Shown one piece after another: positions 24,106 through 33,125 of a DNA stretch of 63,175 nt. Below the pieces are notes generated by a model. It saw only the letters and a program-made list of their open reading frames with translations. It was not told the origin of the DNA and did not search any database. The stretch comes from Deltaproteobacteria bacterium (GTDB lineage Bacteria > Desulfobacterota > Desulfobaccia > Desulfobaccales > 0-14-0-80-60-11). The position numbers and the translations under genes are program-made. The stretch is from contig JAPLJC010000198.1 in the NCBI GenBank assembly GCA_026388765.1, forward strand, positions 1 to 63,175, given 5' to 3'. Position 1 is the first letter of the stretch, and every line of letters starts with the position of its first letter.

Positions 24106-24121
24106 TAGGTAAATTTACCTA
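24106..24121. promoter_or_regulatory. perfect 16-bp palindrome TAGGTAAATTTACCTA (candidate operator)
   Basis: Seen directly in the sequence. An extra half-site TTACCTA lies at 24164-24170. The half-site matches the palindromes at 2830-2845 and 2914-2926. Confidence 0.4.
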
Positions 24122-24566
24122 ATTTTTGTCCCATGGAAACATAAGGGCTATACGTATTTTTAATTACCTAAAAAGCAGATTTAGGGAATTTTGAAAGTTA
24201 AGCTCCTATATTTGGTATATTTCCTTATAATAGGGAAAATTTAGATTCTCCCTTCAGCCAAAAGGAGTTGGGGACCTCCTCGGGCCGGGAAGAATGCTAA
24301 TTTACGCGGGTGTGACGCTGAAGATCGACTGGGTCGCCTCATTTTCCAACCAAATGCCGTAGTTCCGGGTCGGCTATGGGGGGGGCGGGGGCTGGAGAGA
24401 TGCTGGCGGCGGCGGTCCCCCCGAATGGCCTGCCAAGCCGGCGACACCCGGGACAGATCGGCTCGGATCTCAATTTGCCGGGGCACTAATAACATTTTTT
24501 GTGCTTTTGTGCTCTAGGAATTATCTAAGACTGCTTATCGGGATTATTGACAAAAGGCTGAAGAAT

Positions 24567-25421
24567 ATGCCACATTATCCAGCAATGAGACGGCTGGGGC
24601 TGGCGACACTGGGCTTGTTAGTGGTGGGGGGCTTGCTCTTCCTGCCATCCTGTACGCTTCTCAGTAATCTGGGTTATACTCGGCAGTATCCTCAGTATAA
24701 AGGCCTAAGGCAGATCGCCGTTTTTGTCCAACATTGGCCCGTTTATCAGGAATTGCCCAACCAAAATGATCTCGGGGCTGATTTCATTAAAAAGTCAACC
24801 CTGTTTACCGGCCCCTGGCAGCTTGCCGGTTCAATCAACCCCAGGGCGGTGGATATCAAGGACATCGATGATGAAGTGGCGGCCGCTCTGCTGACCCAGG
24901 TGCTCACGGAAAAAGGATATGAACCGTTTTTGTCGGGAGTCTTCCCGGCTCAACCCGGGCCCATAACTGTCGAAGAAATCATGGCGAAATGTCAGGCGGT
25001 GGATCCCTGGGTTGACGCCTTCCTCTTCTGTTTCTATTCTCCCGTGGTATTTTGTGCGGAGGCTCAGGCCGCCCCGGCCGATCACCGACAGCGGTCTTAT
25101 GGCTTGCAGGAACTCATCGAAATTTTAAACCCGGGGGCGACTCAGGTTATCTGGGCAGGCCCCAGAGCGGCGCAGGCGCCACCGCGTTCTATCAGCCATG
25201 CTTTCATCTATGTTTCGCTGACTATGTTTAAGGCCCTGGATTGGCGCCCGCTTTGGGAGATTGCCGACTCCCAGATCGGCGGCCGCATGAGGGTCAAGCT
25301 AAATCAATGTCCGCCTGCCCCCACCGATCAGAATTATCCGGCGGATGCGGCCATCATCCAACGTTTGATGTCTAACAATCTAACTTGCCGGCTGCGACAT
25401 CTTATTCCAGATGCTTTTTAA
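24567..25421 (+). CDS. lipoprotein of unknown function, first gene of the polysaccharide locus
   Basis: The ORF is open from GTG 24501; ATG 24567 gives MPHYPAMRRLGLATLGLLVVGGLLFLPSC (lipobox LPSC). I recognise no family. Confidence 0.6.
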   Translation: MPHYPAMRRLGLATLGLLVVGGLLFLPSCTLLSNLGYTRQYPQYKGLRQIAVFVQHWPVYQELPNQNDLGADFIKKSTLFTGPWQLAGSINPRAVDIKDIDDEVAAALLTQVLTEKGYEPFLSGVFPAQPGPITVEEIMAKCQAVDPWVDAFLFCFYSPVVFCAEAQAAPADHRQRSYGLQELIEILNPGATQVIWAGPRAAQAPPRSISHAFIYVSLTMFKALDWRPLWEIADSQIGGRMRVKLNQCPPAPTDQNYPADAAIIQRLMSNNLTCRLRHLIPDAF

Positions 25422-25518
25422 TAAAGTCTTCCAATAGAAAATACTTGTCTTACGACAGTCTTTATCTTATTATCCCTATAATTTTATACAAAATAACAAG
25501 TAGTACTGGGAATGTGTT

Positions 25519-28083
25519 ATGGTCGTTAGGAAAATAATCAGCGTTTTGTTGGCATTCCTGATTTTTCTGCCCCCGACCCAGGGATGGAGTCAGCAGGCGT
25601 TAGAAGATCAGGCCCAGTACTATCTGCAAAACATCGGGCCTGGGCAGGCTCCGGCAAGACCGGGAACCCCCCTTACTAGCCCTACTCCCCAAGCTCCAAT
25701 TAGCCCCGACCTGATCAGGCAGGCTCCCTCACCTCCGAAATTTGCCCAGGTATTAACCACTGCGCCGCGACAGTCTGAGGATATCTCGGCGATCGAACGG
25801 CGAGCCTGGGCCCAGAAGATGTTTGTCAAGCAATTCGGCTATAGTTTCTTTTACCAGCCGCCGGCCTCTTTCCTGCCGACCGAGGCCGTACCGGTGGGTG
25901 CGGACTATGTCATCGGGCCCGGTGACCGAATCAGAATTATCATTTGGGGCAGCGTGCAAGGAGAATATAACCTCACGGTGGACCGCAATGGCCAGATCGA
26001 CATCCCCAAGGTGGGGGTAGTGCATGTCAGCAGCCTCACCTACCGGCAACTGCGGGAGGTGTTGGACCGAGAATTCGCCCGACAATATACCAATTTTCAG
26101 ATGAATGTCACCCTGGATAACCTGCGCACCATCCAGATCTATGTGGTGGGACAGGCCAGATTTCCGGGAAGTTATGCGGTCTCCTCCCTTTCCACCTTGG
26201 TAAGCGCCTTATTTGCCGCCGGCGGCCCCAACAAGTCCGGCTCCCTGCGCCAAATTCAGGTCCGGCGAGGAAGCAAGGTGGTGGTGACCTTCGATATGTA
26301 TGACTTTCTCTTGCGGGGGGATAAGAGCAAGGATATCAGGTTGCAACCCGAAGATGTCATCTTTATCCCACCCATCGGGCCCATGGCGGCCATTGGCAGC
26401 CCTAAGACCATCAAAGAAATAGAGACGTCCCTAAGAAGCTTGGCCCGATTGCAATTAGAAGAAGAACCTTCTGGTAAAGCTCCAGTGGATTCTTCTAGCA
26501 AAGCCCCGGAAATGAATTGGCGCAGAAAGGAAGACCTCAAGATAATTTCGCCAAGAGAACGGCTCCCCAAAGATGAGGCGGGCCAAAAATTAATGATGCC
26601 AGAACCGATGACTCTAGAGTCGATCCCCAAAGAGCAGAAGCCCATAGAACCGATTATCAAAGAGCCTAAAGAAGTCGATTTTGAACGACTTTATGGCATG
26701 AGTTTCACGGAAGCCGGACAGAAACTGGCCATGAGCAGGGGCATAGATTTTGGTGGGCCAGTTAAGGTGCCGGCGATCTATGAATTAAAAAACGAGAAGA
26801 CCTTAAGTGAGGTGCTGAGGCTGGCCGGGGGCTTGGGGGACACCGCCTTTAAAGGCCGGGTGCAGGTCCTCCGGGTCAAAGGCCGACAGGAAATGGTGTT
26901 GTTTGACGAAGACCTGGATAAATTTTTAACTAAATACCGTGATCTGTCATTGGTGGATGGCGATTTTGTGGAGATTTTTCCGGTATCTAGCCTGGTGGAA
27001 AAAAAGGTTACCATTACCGGGGCCGTTAAGAATCCGGGGGAATTTGGTTTCCGCGACAATATGCGGGTCAGTGACCTGATTAGTTACGCCGGTGGGCTCT
27101 TAATGCAGGCCAGCAAGGAAGAAGCGGAGATTACCCGGGTGCGGATTACCCCGAAAGGACCGGAAACTTCTCATATTTACGTCAGATTATACGGGGCCAG
27201 CGGCTCATCCCAGCAAAACATCGTCTTGCAACCCAATGACTATCTCTTCATCCGCACCATTCCCGACTGGACTACCTATCAAACTATCCAGATTGCCGGA
27301 GAAGTCAAATTCCCCGGCACCTATACCGTGAAGAAGGGGGAGACCTTGAGCTCCCTGCTGTCCCGAGCGGGTGGATTTACCAGCAAGGCATATATTTTGG
27401 GAGGGGTGCTTACCAGGCAGTCCACCAAACAGATTCAAAAACAGCAACTAGACGCGGCCATTAACCGCATGGAAGCCGAGTCCCTGGCCATCGCCAGTTC
27501 AAAAGCCGCGGGCGGAGTGGATCCGGAAGAGGCGAAACGCGCTGACGTTTATGCCAGGCAACAGATGCAGCTGCTGGCCAGCCTCAGAAAGGTTGAGCCG
27601 TTGGGCCGGGTGGTCATCCGTCTGGATGATCCGGAACGCCTGCGGGGGACTCCGGAAGATATTGAGCTGGAGGAAGCCGATACTCTGTTTGTGCCCAAAA
27701 CCCTGCAGACGGTGAATGTCGTGGGAGCGGTCTTCAACCCCACCGCGATTGTTTATACCCCTTACCGCACGGTGGGGGAATATGTCACCATGTCTGGCGG
27801 CACCACAAAAATTGCTGACGATAAGGAAATTTACGTCATCAAGGCCAACGGCGCCGCCGTCAGCCGCAAGGGTCTCAAGTTGCTGGGGGCGAGTTGGGAC
27901 GGGACCAAATATGTTTACCATCCGGGTGGGATGAGCTCTTTAACCCTGGACCCCGGGGATACCATCGTGGTGCCGGAACAGCTGGATAGGATCGAGTGGC
28001 TAAAACAAATCAAAGATATCGCCACCATCATAGGGAATATCGCCTTGACGGCCGGCGTAGTCCTCGTCGGCCTAAAACGATAG
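25519..28083 (+). CDS. outer-membrane polysaccharide export (OPX, Wza-like) protein with multiple SLBB domains
   Basis: 854 aa with a signal peptide. Poly_export motif VIGPGDRIRIIIWGSVQGEYNLTVDRNGQIDIPKVG. At least 4 SLBB-like units (IYVVGQARFPGSY, VTITGAVKNPGEF, IQIAGEVKFPGTY, VNVVGAVFNPTAI). Low-complexity K/E/P insert. C-terminal hydrophobic helix IATIIGNIALTAGVVLVGL. Confidence 0.88.
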   Translation: MVVRKIISVLLAFLIFLPPTQGWSQQALEDQAQYYLQNIGPGQAPARPGTPLTSPTPQAPISPDLIRQAPSPPKFAQVLTTAPRQSEDISAIERRAWAQKMFVKQFGYSFFYQPPASFLPTEAVPVGADYVIGPGDRIRIIIWGSVQGEYNLTVDRNGQIDIPKVGVVHVSSLTYRQLREVLDREFARQYTNFQMNVTLDNLRTIQIYVVGQARFPGSYAVSSLSTLVSALFAAGGPNKSGSLRQIQVRRGSKVVVTFDMYDFLLRGDKSKDIRLQPEDVIFIPPIGPMAAIGSPKTIKEIETSLRSLARLQLEEEPSGKAPVDSSSKAPEMNWRRKEDLKIISPRERLPKDEAGQKLMMPEPMTLESIPKEQKPIEPIIKEPKEVDFERLYGMSFTEAGQKLAMSRGIDFGGPVKVPAIYELKNEKTLSEVLRLAGGLGDTAFKGRVQVLRVKGRQEMVLFDEDLDKFLTKYRDLSLVDGDFVEIFPVSSLVEKKVTITGAVKNPGEFGFRDNMRVSDLISYAGGLLMQASKEEAEITRVRITPKGPETSHIYVRLYGASGSSQQNIVLQPNDYLFIRTIPDWTTYQTIQIAGEVKFPGTYTVKKGETLSSLLSRAGGFTSKAYILGGVLTRQSTKQIQKQQLDAAINRMEAESLAIASSKAAGGVDPEEAKRADVYARQQMQLLASLRKVEPLGRVVIRLDDPERLRGTPEDIELEEADTLFVPKTLQTVNVVGAVFNPTAIVYTPYRTVGEYVTMSGGTTKIADDKEIYVIKANGAAVSRKGLKLLGASWDGTKYVYHPGGMSSLTLDPGDTIVVPEQLDRIEWLKQIKDIATIIGNIALTAGVVLVGLKR

Positions 28084-28095
28084 GTCCGGTTACAA

Positions 28096-28962
28096 GTGCG
28101 CCAGCCCCTGCTAATTCTGGCCCTGATCATCTTCCTGGCACTCGCAGGGGCGCGGCAGCCGGCCCTGGCTGGCCTGCACCCCACCCTCGATCTGCAGAAT
28201 ATCGGTGGCTGGGCCTTGGCCCTCGAGGCTCTCTCCTTCGCAGGCTATTACATGTATAAAAATAGTCCGGCACAGAGGACCAGGGGATATGAAGAAAACC
28301 TGGGGCCGGGAGAGTGGTACCTCGCCGCCTATTCCGGCCTTTCCTACCTACCTGCCGCGGACTGGCAGGCTTTCAAAAATGAAGGTTACATCCCCATGAA
28401 AGGACGCACCGCCAAGAATATCTTCTACCAACCCGGGGTGACGGGAGGCTTAAAATTCGGCCGATATTTTGATAGCCTCCCCTGGTTCGGCATCGAAGTA
28501 GAGACCAGTCTTTCTCGCAATAATATCCGGGGCAACCAGGGACGGATTTCTCCGCTTGCTCCTGGGGGGCCCAATAACCTGTTTGGCGGGTCCGACTGGT
28601 TTATCGACTGGACTATGCAAACGAGCTTCCTGGTCCGTCACGGCTTTCTTAAGGATAAGGAAGTAACCTTCGGCAGGCTGCAGCCGTATGTGGGCCTCGG
28701 TCCGGGTTGGGAGGTAGTTTATGCTACCCACGACTCGGCCAAGAACTATGCCATCGAGGCTCAGGCCGGGGTCAGATATATGATCACCGAGAACCTTGGC
28801 CTCTTTTGCGAATACAAATTCAGTTATCAGTTCGCCATAGAGTATCAGGATCTGCCAGCCGGCAAGCAGGTCCCCGCTACCGCCAACTGGTCCTTTGATC
28901 TCCCCCATCACCGCTTGGTTTTGGGAGTTTCCTATCACTTCAAGAACCTCTATGGCAATTAG
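28096..28962 (+). CDS. probable outer-membrane beta-barrel protein
   Basis: 288 aa, GTG start, signal peptide MRQPLLILALIIFLALAGARQPALA. Alternating aromatic/Gly-rich strands; C-terminus LVLGVSYHFKNLYGN. Confidence 0.6.
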   Translation: MRQPLLILALIIFLALAGARQPALAGLHPTLDLQNIGGWALALEALSFAGYYMYKNSPAQRTRGYEENLGPGEWYLAAYSGLSYLPAADWQAFKNEGYIPMKGRTAKNIFYQPGVTGGLKFGRYFDSLPWFGIEVETSLSRNNIRGNQGRISPLAPGGPNNLFGGSDWFIDWTMQTSFLVRHGFLKDKEVTFGRLQPYVGLGPGWEVVYATHDSAKNYAIEAQAGVRYMITENLGLFCEYKFSYQFAIEYQDLPAGKQVPATANWSFDLPHHRLVLGVSYHFKNLYGN

Positions 28963-29070
28963 GCCTAGGGGATTTCAGTCCACCTTCAGATGATTCTCCT
29001 GGGCGGCCTTAATATGGTCGCCTTAGGGCCCGGTGACCCATGGCCTCGTTTCCATTAAGGAGAGGACCTA

Positions 29071-29099
29071 TTGACAGGTGGGGACCTATTAACTAAAAT
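29071..29099 (+). promoter_or_regulatory. near-consensus sigma70 promoter inside the locus
   Basis: TTGACA-N17-TAAAAT, embedded in direct repeats GGACCTATTGAC (29064-29075) and GGACCTATTAAC (29082-29093). Confidence 0.5.
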
Positions 29100-29146
29100 G
29101 TCTACAGGCATATGTGCAACTACAAAATATCTTTCCGCATTATCTC

Positions 29147-30394
29147 ATGCTAGAATCGAACCACAATCCCACAATTGACGACGGCGAAATCCATCCTTTG
29201 GATTATCTAATTGTGCTGGCCAGGCATAGCCGCATGATTATTTATGGCAGCATCACGGCAATGGCGCTTGCTTACCTGATACTCCTGATTCTCCCAAACA
29301 GATACACCGCTATTGCACGCCTGCTCCCTCCCCAGCAAAACCTGACTCTGAGTGCTCAATTGTTGAATTCTTTGGGTGGTGGGGGTGTTCCGGGCGCCCC
29401 TATTGCTGGCGGTATGGCCGGCACGGCTGCAGGTCTCTTGGGCCTTAAATCGCCCAGCGACCTGTATGTGAACATAATAAATGGCAATACTATATATGAC
29501 CGCATTATTGAACGTTTCAATTTGCGCCAGCTTTATAAAGCAAAATATATCGAGACAGCGCGCCAGGTCCTGGCCAGCAAAACCAATATCAGCTCCCAAA
29601 AGGATGGCATAATAGCCATTGAGGTCACCGATAAAGACCCCAGACGGGCGGCTGAGATTGCTAACGCCTTTTCCGAGGAATTGAATAAGCTCCTCCAGGG
29701 GTTGGCCGTGCAGGAAGCCACCGGTCGCTTGACCTTCTTGGATAAGGAACGCCTGCAAACCAGTCAAAATCTTACCAAGGCGGAAAATATCCTGCGTACC
29801 TTTAGCGAACAAAACAACGTCATCCAAATTGACACCCAAACCCGGGGAGCCCTGGAATATATCGCCCAACTCCGGGCTGAGATCGACGCCAAAGAGGTGC
29901 GGATTCAAGTAATGCGGCAGCAGGCCACGCCATATAATTTTGACATGATGCGATCGGAGACCGAAATTAAAGGCTTGCGGGACAAGTTAGCAAATGCCGA
30001 AAAGCAATATGACCAGACCTGTGCCGGTGATGTTTGCCTCACAACCTCCAAAGTCCCTGCCTTGGGACTAGAATATCTGCGCCTTTATCGGGAGGTCAAA
30101 TTTCAGGACGCTCTTTATCAGCTTTATAACAAAATGGTGGAATTGGCCCGCCTGGATATGATGAAGGACTTCACTGTTGTGCAGGTAGTAGATCAGGCCC
30201 TGCCAGCGGAGAAGCGTTCTAACAAACGGCTTTTGCCGGTGTTGCTGGCGGGAACCATTACTTTTTTCATGATGATTCTGGTCGCCTTTGGATTGCAAGG
30301 TTGGCGCAATGCCAGAGCCAGCGAAGAGAATTCCCGCCGCCTCGGTGCGTTAAGAGATAATCTTAGGCAGTGGACCCACCCTTTCCGGCGCTAA
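29147..30394 (+). CDS. polysaccharide co-polymerase (Wzz/PCP family, no kinase domain)
   Basis: Wzz N-terminus LDYLIVLARHSRMIIYGSITAMALAYLILLILPNRYTA, coiled-coil middle, second TM LLPVLLAGTITFFMMILVAF. The GTG 29114 track start sits too close to the promoter, so ATG 29147 is preferred. Confidence 0.85.
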   Translation: MLESNHNPTIDDGEIHPLDYLIVLARHSRMIIYGSITAMALAYLILLILPNRYTAIARLLPPQQNLTLSAQLLNSLGGGGVPGAPIAGGMAGTAAGLLGLKSPSDLYVNIINGNTIYDRIIERFNLRQLYKAKYIETARQVLASKTNISSQKDGIIAIEVTDKDPRRAAEIANAFSEELNKLLQGLAVQEATGRLTFLDKERLQTSQNLTKAENILRTFSEQNNVIQIDTQTRGALEYIAQLRAEIDAKEVRIQVMRQQATPYNFDMMRSETEIKGLRDKLANAEKQYDQTCAGDVCLTTSKVPALGLEYLRLYREVKFQDALYQLYNKMVELARLDMMKDFTVVQVVDQALPAEKRSNKRLLPVLLAGTITFFMMILVAFGLQGWRNARASEENSRRLGALRDNLRQWTHPFRR

Positions 30395-30629
30395 GGTCCG
30401 CCAGGAGGACACAACCAGAAAAACTGTCGATTAAAAGTTCGTTTATGACAGTTCAGATCAGGGGGTTGATGCAGTTAAGCTCCAGAGCTCGCCTGACCTC
30501 TCAACTATTTTTCCCCACTGCTCTAGAGGCATTTTGATTTTCCGTAAAGGCATACGGCCTGGAGGAACAAGGTGGCGTTGACATCAGGAAGTCCAGGTTA
30601 TCATGTGAAATCAAGGTTTAAGGCAAGCA

Positions 30630-32069
30630 ATGTTCTATAGATTCGACTTTACCGGGGCATTAATGGAGGTGACTAGAAAAGCCGCACTCTCATTGCGGCT
30701 AAAAGCCTTTGATACCTCGACCTCCGAGGGCCGGTCGCAAGAGCGTTATCGACGTGTGGCCCTGACAGCGGTAGCATCCGCGATAGCCAAGGTTATCTCG
30801 ATTCTAACCGCACTGATTACCATACCTCTGACGTTGGGTTATCTGGGCGCCGAGCGCTACGGCGTGTGGATGACGATCAGTTCTATGGTGCTGTTGCTGG
30901 GGTTTGCCGACTTGGGAATGGGCAACGGCTTGCTCAACACCATTTCCGAAGCGAACGGCAAAGACGACCGGCAGGCAGCAATTAATTATGTCTCCAGTGG
31001 ATTCTTTATGCTGTTAGCGGTGGCGCTGCTAATTGTTGTGGCATTTATTATCGCTAATCCCTATATCCCTTGGCCTAGGGTATTTAATATAAAATCGAGG
31101 CTGGCAGCTCAGGAGGCAGGCCCGGCTATAGCAGCCTTTATGGCCATTTTTGCCTTGAACCTGCCTTTGGGGGTAGTGCAGCGGATCCAAATGGGCTACC
31201 AGGAAGGCTACCTGACGAATATCTATCAGTGCCTCGGCAATCTCTTTGGTCTGTTAGCAGTGTTGCTGGTGATTCATGTTCAAGGAGGATTGGCCTGGTT
31301 GGTGTTAGGCATGGCCGGAGGTCCGGCCTTGGCCTCGCTCATCAACTGGTGGATATCGTTTAGATTCCGATATCCATGGTTGCGACCGCAGTGGCGCAGT
31401 GCCACCAAGGCTTCTGGCCAAAGGATATTGCATGTAGGCCTCTTATTCTTCGTATTGCAGCTCATGGTGGCTCTTTCCTTCGCCTCCGATAATCTTGTGG
31501 CAGCTCAAATTTTGGGCCCTGAAGCAGTCACCCAATTTTCTGTGCCTATGAGGATGTTCAGCATCCTCCCTATGATCGTGAGCATGATTATAGCGCCCCT
31601 TTGGCCGGCCTACGGCGAAGCCCTCGCCCGTGGTGAGCTAGGGTGGATTCGTAAAACCTTGATCAGGTCGTTGCTGCTGACCTTTCTCCTGGTGGCCTTG
31701 CCGTCACTGCTCCTCATCCTCTTCGGGTTACAGATAGTTCATGTTTGGGTAGGCCCCGAGATTTCTCCTTCGTTTTTATTATTGGCTGGAATGGGGATAT
31801 GGACCATCATGCAAAATTTAGGCAGCACGGTGGCCATGCTTTTAAACGGAGTCAATATAATTCGTTTCCAGATTTTCAGCGCCTCTCTATTCGGCATCAG
31901 CGCCTTGATAGCAAAGATTTTCCTGGCTAAAATTATGGGACTTTCCGGCATCATTTGGGGAACTATAATAGGTTATACCTGTTTCACTGTTATCCCTTAC
32001 TGCATTTACCTGCCCAAATTACTTTCAACCCTGCATTTACGGCGGGAATTGATTCCGAAAGAATCATAA
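30630..32069 (+). CDS. wzx: Wzx-type oligosaccharide flippase (MOP superfamily)
   Basis: 479 aa, about 12-14 TM segments. Typical N-terminus RYRRVALTAVASAIAKVISILTALITIPLTLGYLGAERYGVW. Confidence 0.8.
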   Translation: MFYRFDFTGALMEVTRKAALSLRLKAFDTSTSEGRSQERYRRVALTAVASAIAKVISILTALITIPLTLGYLGAERYGVWMTISSMVLLLGFADLGMGNGLLNTISEANGKDDRQAAINYVSSGFFMLLAVALLIVVAFIIANPYIPWPRVFNIKSRLAAQEAGPAIAAFMAIFALNLPLGVVQRIQMGYQEGYLTNIYQCLGNLFGLLAVLLVIHVQGGLAWLVLGMAGGPALASLINWWISFRFRYPWLRPQWRSATKASGQRILHVGLLFFVLQLMVALSFASDNLVAAQILGPEAVTQFSVPMRMFSILPMIVSMIIAPLWPAYGEALARGELGWIRKTLIRSLLLTFLLVALPSLLLILFGLQIVHVWVGPEISPSFLLLAGMGIWTIMQNLGSTVAMLLNGVNIIRFQIFSASLFGISALIAKIFLAKIMGLSGIIWGTIIGYTCFTVIPYCIYLPKLLSTLHLRRELIPKES

Positions 32070-32142
32070 AATTAGCTGTTACAGTTATTTTCTGGGAGAA
32101 CGAATAATAAGATCGTTTATTATGAAATCTATTTTATAGCAT

Positions 32143-32997
32143 TTGCTGTCCGCGAAAATGCTAATAATTATGGCGAGAACTAGGGATCACCTGAGAATGT
32201 TTATAAAGAAATTTATTAATCTGGTTTTTAGCAAATTAGGATACCACATTTGTGCTATCCAAAAGAAAGAATATGACGAGTTAAAATATCGACAACTTAT
32301 TAAAGAAATAGGTGGTTTGTATAATAAATTGTTATTTCACGAAATGCCTCCTCTTGATGACGTTAGAATTAATTTAATGTCAGATCTTCTTGGAACGGCC
32401 ATCAGTGAAGCAATATATTTGATTTACTACGTGAACCAATCTCTAAATATCGATGGGGATATATGTGAATTTGGTGTAGCTCAAGGGGCAACCTCTGCAT
32501 TACTGGCCAATGAAATTAGGAAGACGGAGAAAAATATCTGGCTATTCGATTCGTTCGAAGGATTACCAAAGCCAACCCAGAAAGATATCCTGAAAGATGA
32601 TATATTTGGTTTGGGTTCAATAGATAAGTACGAAGGTAAAATGGCATGCGCAGAAGATCTGGTAAAAGATAGATTAGGAGCTATTGATTTCCCTGCGTCG
32701 CGCCTAAAAATCGTTAAGGGTTTCATTGAAAGTACTGTAAATCAGCCATATCTGCCAAGCAGCGTATGTTTTGCTTATGTCGACTTTGATTTTTATGAAC
32801 CTATATTTGTTGCACTAAATTTTCTTGATAAAGTATTAAGAATAGGTGGGGTTATTATAGTTGATGATTACGATTATTTTAGTGCCGGTGCAAAAGCGGC
32901 AGTAGATGAATTTATTAGTTTTAACAAAGAAAAGTATGCTTTAAATTTACCCATTGAATCTGCAGGGCATTTTTGTGTTATCGAGAGGATAGCCTGA
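32143..32997 (+). CDS. TylF/MycF-family O-methyltransferase
   Basis: GDICEFGVAQGATS, LFDSFEGLPKP, VDFDFYEP. TTG track start; several ATGs follow shortly downstream. Confidence 0.8.
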   Translation: MLSAKMLIIMARTRDHLRMFIKKFINLVFSKLGYHICAIQKKEYDELKYRQLIKEIGGLYNKLLFHEMPPLDDVRINLMSDLLGTAISEAIYLIYYVNQSLNIDGDICEFGVAQGATSALLANEIRKTEKNIWLFDSFEGLPKPTQKDILKDDIFGLGSIDKYEGKMACAEDLVKDRLGAIDFPASRLKIVKGFIESTVNQPYLPSSVCFAYVDFDFYEPIFVALNFLDKVLRIGGVIIVDDYDYFSAGAKAAVDEFISFNKEKYALNLPIESAGHFCVIERIA

Positions 32998-33125
32998 CAA
33001 TATAAAAGTGAAAAAGGTATTATGCTTTTATAAAGGCCAGCATAGCCAATTTCACCGAGCGAATACTTTAATGCGTATATAGAGGGATGTCCTCTAGTAC
33101 TCTAGTATAAAAAAGATAACCACTT

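Noticed and set aside
24241-24495. 84-aa minus-strand ORF in the polysaccharide control region.
   Set aside because: It has no SD and an Arg/Pro/Ser-rich, non-protein-like sequence, and it lies inside a GC-rich non-coding block. I treat it as non-coding.
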